From Elainellaceae cyanobacterium (lineage in GTDB: Bacteria > Cyanobacteriota > Cyanobacteriia > CAZCXK01): a stretch of 30,103 bases of DNA. Below, piece after piece: positions 1-7,330 of this stretch (positions are counted from its first letter, which is position 1; each line of letters begins with the position of its first letter). The DNA lies in assembly GCA_051117555.1 (NCBI GenBank), contig JBNPEG010000255.1, forward strand, positions 1 to 30,103, given 5' to 3'. The notes beneath the pieces were generated by a model. It was given only the letters and a program-made list of their open reading frames with translations. It ran no database searches and had not been told where the DNA came from. The position numbers and the translations under genes are program-made.

Positions 1-65
1 CTCACCACACGTTTAACGTCCTAACGCGAGAGCGTACACAGATGTGAAATGTTGAGAAAGGTGGC

Positions 66-206
66 TCAGTTAAGCGCGTAGGCTGTGTTAAATGCCCAGA
101 TAATCAGAGCGACAATGCCGCCCAGCACAAAAATACCGGATAGGGCGATCGCCAGCGGGGTGTCTGCCCCCTCAAATTTCATGATTCCTCGATTCTGATC
201 GGTCAT
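66..206 (-). CDS. Small single-TM membrane protein, 46 aa (MTDQNRGIMKFEGAD...), conserved-looking cyanobacterial hypothetical
   Basis: ATG at 206 is preceded by a strong AGGAGG Shine-Dalgarno (cttAGGAGGgcagttactATG). One hydrophobic helix (LAIALSGIFVLGGIVALIIWAF). The NRGIMKFxGAD N-terminus resembles a cyanobacterial small-protein family I recall but cannot name. Confidence 0.8.
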   Translation of the reverse strand: MTDQNRGIMKFEGADTPLAIALSGIFVLGGIVALIIWAFNTAYALN

Positions 207-261
207 AGTAACTGCCCTCCTAAGCAGTGATGGTTCAAAGCAGTTCGCCCGAATCCCACAC

Positions 262-347
262 AATAATTGAGTTAAATAATTGAATCTAAATTAACTCACC
301 GCCAGGCTAACTCAACTTCGATTGTATTAACCACAATTATTTGACTC
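262..347. promoter_or_regulatory. AT-rich operator-like array upstream of the 46-aa gene
   Basis: 14-bp inverted repeat GAGTTAAATAATTG (269-282) / CAATTATTTGACTC (334-347), 13/14 match. AATAATTGA direct repeat at 262 and 275. TAACTCA-like half-sites at 268 (rc), 292 and 308. Confidence 0.35.
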
Positions 348-407
348 GCATCGTTTGTCACATTCCCAGGTTTTCTTAAGCTTTCAGGGAATTTCACAAT
401 GCCCATG

Positions 408-845
408 CTACTTGTGATAATTCCCCCCTTGCAAAATTGTCTTGGCGCGGTAGAGCTGCTCAATCAGTAACATCCGCGCAATCTCATGGGGAAAGGTCAT
501 TGGGGACAGGCTCAAAAGCAGAGATGCTCGGTCTTTTAAGGTTTGACTGACTCCATCCGGTCCTCCAATTGCAAACACCACGTTATTTGAGGCATATCGA
601 GTCAAAAGCGCAGCAAAGTCAACTGATGAAATTAGTTTGCCATCGTCTGACAAGACGACGAGTGTTTCATTGCCTTTCATGAAAGATAGGACTTTCTCGC
701 CTTCTTTCTCTTTATCAGAATCTTTAATTTCGAGAATTTCAATTTCGGGCGATCGCTTCAGGTAGACCGCTATCCCGTCTCGAAGCCAAGATTTCTTGAT
801 TTTTCCGACGGCAATCACGCTAACTTTTGGAAATGCATAAACCAT
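408..845 (-). CDS. rlmH: 23S rRNA (pseudouridine1915-N3)-methyltransferase RlmH
   Basis: SPOUT-family motifs IAVGK, FAIGGPDG, SLSPMTFPHEIARMLLIEQLYRA and C-terminal YHK; 145 aa. Confidence 0.95.
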   Translation of the reverse strand: MVYAFPKVSVIAVGKIKKSWLRDGIAVYLKRSPEIEILEIKDSDKEKEGEKVLSFMKGNETLVVLSDDGKLISSVDFAALLTRYASNNVVFAIGGPDGVSQTLKDRASLLLSLSPMTFPHEIARMLLIEQLYRAKTILQGGNYHK

Positions 846-871
846 TGGACACCATCAATTGAGTCGGCTTT

Positions 872-910
872 GTGTGTAGACACCCCGCGTCGCCAGGGTG
901 TTATACACAT
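872..910. other. Stem-loop in the divergent rlmH / hypothetical intergenic region
   Basis: TGTGTA-GACACCC (873-885) pairs with GGGTGTT-A-TACACA (896-909). Confidence 0.4.
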
Positions 911-1001
911 TCAACGCCTAACGCAAGCGCGCCAGGCTATATTTATTGACCAGGGCTTGATGATACGGTTTGATCAGTCATGATCATCGAGGCTACTCCC
1001 T

Positions 1002-1190
1002 ATGAGTGATTCAACCGAAACCAAACAAATCGCTGCCCAGATTCTTGCAGCTATGCTTTCTAATCCTCATATTTACTCTAAAGTGAGTGATGAAGGAGTC
1101 GATGGCCAACAGGAAAAACTTCTCATCATTCTTGCTGCTGAAATGGCAGAGGACTTAATCAAAACCGTGGATACCTCCCAAGCTGAGTAA
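1002..1190 (+). CDS. Hypothetical protein, 62 aa
   Basis: GAGG upstream of ATG; helical, protein-like composition (IAAQILAAMLSNPHIY); co-oriented with the downstream genes. Confidence 0.7.
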   Translation: MSDSTETKQIAAQILAAMLSNPHIYSKVSDEGVDGQQEKLLIILAAEMAEDLIKTVDTSQAE

Positions 1191-1245
1191 CTTTAAATAA
1201 TCCTAGAATGGTTAGCCAGCGCAACCATCAGACATTATGTAATGT

Positions 1246-2280
1246 ATGGATAGTTTAATTCAGGGGATTATGCAGGAGCATCAGATTCCAGGAATGGCAG
1301 TTGCCATCATCCAGGCTGGTGTGCCTGCGGTGCTTCGAGGCTATGGTTTTGCCAACGTCGAACTTTCGGTTCCCGTTAGCGATCGCACCGTTTTTGAAAT
1401 TGCGTCTCTCACCAAGCCGTTTACAGCGATGCTAACGCTGATGATGGTCGATGATGGCCTGATTTCGCTAGATGGTTCAATTACCTCTTATCTCGACGAT
1501 CCGCCCTTGGCGTGGCACCCCGTCAAGATTCGGCATATTCTCGGTCATCAGTCTGGAATCCCGAGCTATACCAGGACGAAAGACTATTGGAAAACCACGC
1601 GGCTTGATGTCTCCCGACAAGACATTCTCAGCTATGTGAGAGAGTTACCATTAAACTATTCTCCAGGAAATCGCACTCATTACGACAACACGGGATATTA
1701 TTTGCTGGGTTTGATGCTAGAGAGAGTCGGCGGCAAATCGTATGGGCAGCTCTTGAGCGATCGCATTTTTGAACCGTTTGGTATGAACGCAACTCAGGTG
1801 AACGATCCGTATTCGATCGTGCCGAATCGAGCATCTGGCTACAGCCTGACAAACGGGCAGCTTCGCAATAAAGACTATTACAGCCCGTCAGGAACCTTTT
1901 CAGCCGGGAATTTGCTCTCTACTATTGCAGATTTGACGCAATGGGAAATCGCGCTACAAACAGACCCAGTATTGACATCCGAAATCCTAGAATTAATGTG
2001 GACATCTCAAGAATCTAGAACTGGAAATGAACGGCACATTCAAGGATTTACCACCGGGATGGGCTGGTTTCTCCCGGCGTATCCGGATCGAAATGTTGCG
2101 GTCCATAACGGCTCGATTAGAGGATTTTCAAGTACGATGAGCCGCTTCATTACGGATGATATTACCGTCATTTTGCTGTGTAATATAGACACGCTTGAAC
2201 GACCCGATGCGATCGCCAAAACACTTGCAGAGCAGTACGTCCCGCGTCTTGCCGATGTTACCTTAATGCCTCCCCTTTGA
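1246..2280 (+). CDS. Serine hydrolase, beta-lactamase class C / AmpC-like family (no signal peptide)
   Basis: SxxK (FEIASLTK), YxN (YDNTGY), HxG (HNGS), IPGMAVAII and HQSGIP motifs. Confidence 0.9.
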   Translation: MDSLIQGIMQEHQIPGMAVAIIQAGVPAVLRGYGFANVELSVPVSDRTVFEIASLTKPFTAMLTLMMVDDGLISLDGSITSYLDDPPLAWHPVKIRHILGHQSGIPSYTRTKDYWKTTRLDVSRQDILSYVRELPLNYSPGNRTHYDNTGYYLLGLMLERVGGKSYGQLLSDRIFEPFGMNATQVNDPYSIVPNRASGYSLTNGQLRNKDYYSPSGTFSAGNLLSTIADLTQWEIALQTDPVLTSEILELMWTSQESRTGNERHIQGFTTGMGWFLPAYPDRNVAVHNGSIRGFSSTMSRFITDDITVILLCNIDTLERPDAIAKTLAEQYVPRLADVTLMPPL

Positions 2281-3597
2281 ATGCCGCGACGAAGAAAACC
2301 GTTGAAAATTTTAATCCTCACCCTAGGCTCGCGAGGCGATGTTCAGCCCTTTATTGCGCTCGGAATCGGGCTGAAACAGGCGGGACACGACGTGTCTATT
2401 TGCACGAGTTCGAGTTTCAAAGACTTTATTATCGAGCATGGTCTAGACTATGCCGATATGAATGATGAATTTGTTGAGCTCGCTACCGGCGATGCTGGGC
2501 GTGCCGCCATGGAGTCTGCCAATACCCTCATCGGCTGGATCAAAACGGCAATCGAACTTAACCAACGCCTTAAGCCCCTCCAGCGACAAATGCTTCGCGA
2601 CGAATGGGATGCCGCTCACGGAATCGATATGATCATCTACCATCCCAAATCAATGGGCGGCACACACATTGCAGAAAAGCTTGGAATACCTGAATTTGCA
2701 GCCGTTCCAATTCCGCTTTTAGTGCCCACTCAAGACTTTCCAAGTCCCGTGTTTCCTAATTTAAACGTGGGCGGGTGGTATAACCGACTAACCTATCGGC
2801 TGATGAACTGGCTGACCTTGTCGTATAAGGGGCTGATTAATCAATGGCGAGACGAGGTTTTAAATCTTCCTCCTGCAAGCACTGCTATCAATCGGATCAA
2901 ACGACCTGATGGGAGTCTGATTCCAGTGCTGCATGGCTATAGCCCGCATGTTGTTCCAGAGCCTGACGATTGGCATGAGTGGGCGATCGCCACGGGGTAT
3001 TGGTTCCTTAACACGTCCGAGAATTGGCAACCACCTCCTGATTTAGTTGATTTTCTCAGGGCAGGCCCACCCCCCGTCTACGTCGGTTTTGGGAGCATCA
3101 GCGGACGTGAACCAGCAAAGATAGCTCAGATTGTCGTAGAGGCTCTAAACCAGTCAGGACAGCGAGGCATTTTGGCAACTGGATGGGGAGGACTAGATGC
3201 CTCCCATCTTCCAGATTCGATATTCAAAGTTGACTCGGTTCCTCACGACTGGCTGTTTCCTCACGTGTCAACCGTGATCCACCACGGGGGCGCGGGTACA
3301 ACAGCCGCTGGACTCCGAGCAGGCAAGCCGACCATTATTTGTCCATTTTTCGGCGATCAGCCGTTTTGGGGGCGGCGCGTGGCTGACCTGGGGGTAGGGA
3401 CTGAGCCGATTCCACAAAAACAGTTGACATCGAATCGGTTGGCGATCGCCATTCAAGAAACCATCACCAACTCATCCATGCAGCACCGGGCGGCTCAGTT
3501 GGGTGCAACCATCCGGGGTGAAGACGGCGTGACTCGCGCTGTGGAGTTGATTCATGCCTATTTAGAAACGGGCGATCGCCCTTATCCCGGAGATTGA
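2281..3597 (+). CDS. Family 1 (GT-B) glycosyltransferase, sterol 3-beta-glucosyltransferase-like
   Basis: GSRGDVQPF N-terminal motif, PPVYVGFGS, and VPHDWLF...HHGGAGTTAAGLRAGKPTIICPFFGDQPFWG UDP-sugar signature. The real start may be the TTG a few codons in (LKILIL). Confidence 0.92.
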   Translation: MPRRRKPLKILILTLGSRGDVQPFIALGIGLKQAGHDVSICTSSSFKDFIIEHGLDYADMNDEFVELATGDAGRAAMESANTLIGWIKTAIELNQRLKPLQRQMLRDEWDAAHGIDMIIYHPKSMGGTHIAEKLGIPEFAAVPIPLLVPTQDFPSPVFPNLNVGGWYNRLTYRLMNWLTLSYKGLINQWRDEVLNLPPASTAINRIKRPDGSLIPVLHGYSPHVVPEPDDWHEWAIATGYWFLNTSENWQPPPDLVDFLRAGPPPVYVGFGSISGREPAKIAQIVVEALNQSGQRGILATGWGGLDASHLPDSIFKVDSVPHDWLFPHVSTVIHHGGAGTTAAGLRAGKPTIICPFFGDQPFWGRRVADLGVGTEPIPQKQLTSNRLAIAIQETITNSSMQHRAAQLGATIRGEDGVTRAVELIHAYLETGDRPYPGD

Positions 3598-3830
3598 GAA
3601 TCGGCAACCTGTTGAATGCGAGCAATATCTAGATTCAAGCGCTCAGCAATCTGCTCAACGGTCAGACCCAGCTCTAGCAGCATTGGCACTAATTCTAACT
3701 TTCCCTCAATTTTACCTTCAGCCCGACCTTCAGCCCGACCTTCAGCCCGACCTTCAGCCCGACCTTCAGCTAATACTTCTTCTCGGATGTCTCTGTAAAC
3801 ACGAGTTTCCTTAAAGGTAGCATCCAACAT
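3582..3830 (-). CDS. Putative nested in-frame small protein (RpnS-like intragenic antitoxin), 82 aa
   Basis: Internal ATG at 3830 (MLDATFKETR...) with GAGGT 7 nt upstream (gtGAGGTcgaagcgATG), just before the EG-repeat C-terminal domain. Confidence 0.5.
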   Translation of the reverse strand: MLDATFKETRVYRDIREEVLAEGRAEGRAEGRAEGRAEGKIEGKLELVPMLLELGLTVEQIAERLNLDIARIQQVADSQSPG

Positions 3831-4427
3831 CGCTTCGACCTCACTTCGGCTGAGATTGATTAACTTATAGGCAGTAATCGTCACTACCATATCTATTATC
3901 TCTGAAGAAACTAGATTTTCGGTATCGCCGCTGCGTGCTTGTGATATTAACTGTCTTGCTTGTTCAACAGTCGTTTCTTCCGGTTCAATAACGAGTTTTA
4001 GGAGGTGAATTCCGATAGACTGTTCGACATCTAGCTCATCAAGATAAACTCGGCGAACCTGATTACTGCTGAGTAAAGCACGATGAAGGGTTCCGTCATC
4101 AGGTTCTACCCGGCGGTTTGGGAAAATGAGGACTCCGCACCAGTCTGTAAACTCGTCTGGATTACGGTACAGATAGAGAAAGAGTTCAGAGAAAAATCGG
4201 TGATAAAGAAGCGAATCTTTTTGAAACTGGACTTCTGCAAAGAAGATCGTTTTGGACGAGGCGCGTTCAGTTGGAAGAAATACACCATCGATTCGAAACG
4301 TGGGTTCTTTAATTTCGACAGACTCAAAGCGATAACCGGCAGCTTGTTCGGGAGGAATCTGGATCAGGTCAAAGAACAAAATCGGGAAGCGCTTGAAGAG
4401 CTGATAGAAAATTGCATCCCGGCGCAT
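3582..4427 (-). CDS. Rpn family recombination-promoting nuclease / putative transposase (DUF2887-type, PD-(D/E)XK)
   Basis: MRRDAIFYQLF start, YRFESVEIKEPTFRIDGVF, FAEVQFQKD nuclease motif, C-terminal (AEGR)n tract and MLLELGLTVEQIAERLNL helix-turn-helix-like tail. Overlaps the GT 3' end by 16 bp, convergent. Confidence 0.9.
   Translation of the reverse strand: MRRDAIFYQLFKRFPILFFDLIQIPPEQAAGYRFESVEIKEPTFRIDGVFLPTERASSKTIFFAEVQFQKDSLLYHRFFSELFLYLYRNPDEFTDWCGVLIFPNRRVEPDDGTLHRALLSSNQVRRVYLDELDVEQSIGIHLLKLVIEPEETTVEQARQLISQARSGDTENLVSSEIIDMVVTITAYKLINLSRSEVEAMLDATFKETRVYRDIREEVLAEGRAEGRAEGRAEGRAEGKIEGKLELVPMLLELGLTVEQIAERLNLDIARIQQVADSQSPG
3714..3770. repeat. 12-bp perfect tandem repeat (ACCTTCAGCCCG x4.75) encoding AEGR repeats
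   Basis: Read directly from the sequence; in frame within the Rpn C-terminus. Confidence 0.95.
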
Positions 4428-4484
4428 GGCAGAGCAAATATACAAATCTCACGCCATTCTATCTCGACCCTCGACACCGTTCCG

Positions 4485-4688
4485 CTATTTATTCGGCATC
4501 GTACCCTTCCAGAGAGTTGCTTCAGAGGGGACTGTAATCTCTGAATTCGGCTCGGCGAGACTAAAGCCATATGCGACTGGAATCAGGGCGATCGCACATG
4601 AACCGACCACTATCCCGATGATTTTCATCCATTCGATCTGATAATATTCCCGAACTTCGGGATGACGAATATAGAAGGGCACCCGCAT
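4485..4688 (-). CDS. Putative small single-TM protein, 67 aa
   Basis: AGGAG 9 nt upstream of ATG; hydrophobic segment IIGIVVGSCAIALIPVAYGFSLA; fills the gap between Rpn and the selD promoter. Confidence 0.5.
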   Translation of the reverse strand: MRVPFYIRHPEVREYYQIEWMKIIGIVVGSCAIALIPVAYGFSLAEPNSEITVPSEATLWKGTMPNK

Positions 4689-4752
4689 CGCTCGTGCTCC
4701 TAAGATACGCTGATTAGATAAGTTGCCTCAAATCTAGTTTACGTAAAATTCC

Positions 4753-4766
4753 GTATCAAGTGATAC
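4753..4766. promoter_or_regulatory. NtcA-type binding site (GTA-N8-TAC)
   Basis: GTATCAAGTGATAC is a perfect GTATCA/TGATAC palindrome in the divergent region between the 67-aa ORF and selD. Confidence 0.6.
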
Positions 4767-4910
4767 AAGCTTAACAGTAATTTTCAGAATGCTCTGAACT
4801 CAGATTGTTCCAAGCAATTCCTGACAAGATAGAAACAGGATTTGTTTAGCTCGTTTGCTCTGGCAGGGGCTGTCACGAATCTGTTGAGGCTCATCCATCT
4901 CCGCATCTTT

Positions 4911-7241
4911 ATGAAATCATCTACGCCCATTGTCAAAGATCTCGTTTTGATTGGTGGAGGCCATAGCCACGCGATCGCCCTCAAAATGCTAGGGATGAAT
5001 CCCCTTCCTGATGTACGACTGACGCTGATTACGGATGTCTATCATACTCCCTATTCGGGGATGCTCCCCGGATATGTGGCAGGGCTGTATACCTTTGATG
5101 ATTGCCACATCGATCTGCGAACCCTGAGCCAATTTGCCCAAGCATGGATGATACCGGATCGAGCCATTGGTCTAGATTTAGAGACTAATAGAGTACTATG
5201 CAAACACCATCCCCCCATTGCGTTTGATGTGCTGTCCATCGATATTGGAAGTACGCCCGCCACGGTTAATGTGCAGGGCGCAAACGAGTTCGCGATTCCG
5301 GTCAAGCCCATTTCTAAGTTTCTCAACTATTGGGACAACTTTATTCAGACCGTTAAGGACAGGCCGCAAATCCCTCGTCGCATCGGCATCGTCGGAGGGG
5401 GGGCCGGCGGGGTCGAGCTTGCATTATCGGCGCAGGCGCACCTGCAAACCGTTTATCGAGCTGCTCAGCAACCGATTCAGAATATCGAGGTTCATCTCTT
5501 TCAGCGTGGCGCTGAACTATTGCCAGGACGGCATCCCAGCGTTCGTCGTAAGTTTCACCGCCTCTTCGCTCGCCGAGGCATTCAATTGCATGTGGAAGAA
5601 GCCGTGGTTGCCATCGAAGCACACACCGCAGACTCTATTCGTCGCGTGATATGTGAATCTGGGCTGACTGTCGAGTGCGATCGCGTGTTTTGGGTGACGC
5701 AAGCCTCAGCCACTCCCTGGCTTGAGAAATCAGGGTTAGCAACTACTGAGCACGGGTTTATCAAAGTCAATGATTGCCTCCAGTCTGTCTCCCATCCTCA
5801 CGTATTTGCGGCGGGCGATGTTGCGACCTTGATCAACCATCCCCGGCCCAAAGCGGGTGTGTTTGCAGTGCGACAAGGCAAGCCCCTCTACGAAAATCTC
5901 AGGCGATCGCTGCGAGATAGACCTCTCAATACGTTCATTCCTCAAAAACAGTTTTTGATCTTAATTGGTACTGGGAAAGCCTCTGCGATCGCCTCTCGGG
6001 GTGGGTTTACGCTGGGTCCTTCACGATTGATTTGGTGGTGGAAAGACCATATCGATCGCAAGTTTATGCATCAGTTTGAAGATTTAAACCAGATGAACCA
6101 TGATGGAGGCCAGACTCCATGGGGTCTAGAGACTCGCAAGAAGGCCCCATCCTCACCTTCTACTTCCCAATATTCTCCCTCTGATTCGATTATGCATTGT
6201 GCTGGCTGTGGCTCAAAAGTTGGCGGATCGATTTTGGAGAAAGTCTTGACCCGAATTCAGCGCGAATATCCTATCAGAAACAATCGCGACGATATTCTCA
6301 TCGGCTTAGACGAACCCGATGACGCGGCTGCCATTCGAGTGCCTGCCGGTCAGGCGTTGCTGCAAACCATCGACTACTTTCCAGCCTTAGTGAATGACCA
6401 CTACGTGTTTGGGCAAATTGCTACCCATCACTGTCTCAGCGATATTTTCGCGATGGGGGCAATACCCCAGAGTGCGTTGGCGATCGCCACGTTGCCCTAT
6501 GCCGTTCCGAGCAAACAGGAGGAGATGCTCTATCAACTCCTATCCGGAGCCGTCAAGGTGCTTCGTGAAGTACGCGCACCGCTTATTGGCGGACATACGT
6601 CCGAGAGCGCAGAACTCGCATTTGGCCTGACCTGCAACGGACTCGCGACTCCGAGTAAACTCCTGCGCAAAGGGGGAATGCAGCCTGGGAATAGGCTAAT
6701 TCTCACAAAGGCGCTGGGCACGGGTACATTGTTTGCGGCAGATATGCGCTGTAAAGCGAAGGGGCGATGGATTGAAGCTGCGATCGCCTCGATGCTGCAA
6801 TCCAACTATAAAGCGGCGCAGTGTCTCTGGCAGTATAAAGCCACAGCCTGCACTGACGTCACGGGGTTTGGGCTAGTCGGTCATCTCCTTGAAATGGTTG
6901 ACGCCTCCCAGGTCACAGTTGAACTTGAGGGATCTACCATTCCTGTGCTAGATGGCGTGGATGAAACCTTAACCAGTGGTATTGCGAGTTCTCTTTATCC
7001 CCAAAATGTTAAGGCATCTATTAATATCGACACCCTTCATGCCATTCAAAATCACCCGCTATTTCCAGTCCTGTTTGATCCGCAAACCTCTGGAGGATTA
7101 CTTGCCTCAGTACCGGGCGATCGCGCGAGTGCCTGTCTTTCTGCCCTTCATGTGCTGGGCTACGACCAGAGCCAGATTATTGGTCAGGTCTTGCCGTTAG
7201 AGGCTCAACAGAAGCCGATTAGAGTAAACGGGTGGGAGTAA
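4911..7241 (+). CDS. selD: Selenide, water dikinase SelD with N-terminal FAD-dependent pyridine nucleotide-disulfide oxidoreductase (NADH dehydrogenase-like) domain, 776 aa
   Basis: N-terminal domain: DLVLIGGGHSH, YSGMLPG, IVGGGAGGVEL, VFAAGD, PKAGVFAVRQG. C-terminal domain: MHCAGCGSKVG, DDAA, QTIDYF, SDIFAMG, GGHT, LTKALGTG, TDVTGFGLVGHLLEM, DPQTSGGLL. ATG at 4911 is preferred over the upstream TTG. Confidence 0.95.
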   Translation: MKSSTPIVKDLVLIGGGHSHAIALKMLGMNPLPDVRLTLITDVYHTPYSGMLPGYVAGLYTFDDCHIDLRTLSQFAQAWMIPDRAIGLDLETNRVLCKHHPPIAFDVLSIDIGSTPATVNVQGANEFAIPVKPISKFLNYWDNFIQTVKDRPQIPRRIGIVGGGAGGVELALSAQAHLQTVYRAAQQPIQNIEVHLFQRGAELLPGRHPSVRRKFHRLFARRGIQLHVEEAVVAIEAHTADSIRRVICESGLTVECDRVFWVTQASATPWLEKSGLATTEHGFIKVNDCLQSVSHPHVFAAGDVATLINHPRPKAGVFAVRQGKPLYENLRRSLRDRPLNTFIPQKQFLILIGTGKASAIASRGGFTLGPSRLIWWWKDHIDRKFMHQFEDLNQMNHDGGQTPWGLETRKKAPSSPSTSQYSPSDSIMHCAGCGSKVGGSILEKVLTRIQREYPIRNNRDDILIGLDEPDDAAAIRVPAGQALLQTIDYFPALVNDHYVFGQIATHHCLSDIFAMGAIPQSALAIATLPYAVPSKQEEMLYQLLSGAVKVLREVRAPLIGGHTSESAELAFGLTCNGLATPSKLLRKGGMQPGNRLILTKALGTGTLFAADMRCKAKGRWIEAAIASMLQSNYKAAQCLWQYKATACTDVTGFGLVGHLLEMVDASQVTVELEGSTIPVLDGVDETLTSGIASSLYPQNVKASINIDTLHAIQNHPLFPVLFDPQTSGGLLASVPGDRASACLSALHVLGYDQSQIIGQVLPLEAQQKPIRVNGWE

Positions 7242-7330
7242 ATAGCTACAGGATTTTCGCTATACAATTCTGAGTACACTCAAAGAAAGGCAGAGTTTAC
7301 TTTCTCGCTTAATCCTCTAGCTCCTTCATC

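Noticed and set aside
3582..4427. Rpn gene as an IS element
   Set aside because: No terminal inverted repeats or target-site duplication seen; the family is a PD-(D/E)XK nuclease, not a DDE/HUH transposase.
6190..6225. Selenocysteine in the SelD active site
   Set aside because: Both Cys codons in CAGCGSK are TGT; the ORF has no in-frame TGA.
2281..7241. Selenoneine-type (senABC) or selenosugar cluster suggested by a glycosyltransferase near selD
   Set aside because: The GT is a GT1 sterol-glucosyltransferase type rather than SenB-like, no EgtB/SenA homologue is in the window, Rpn separates the genes, and selU already explains selD.
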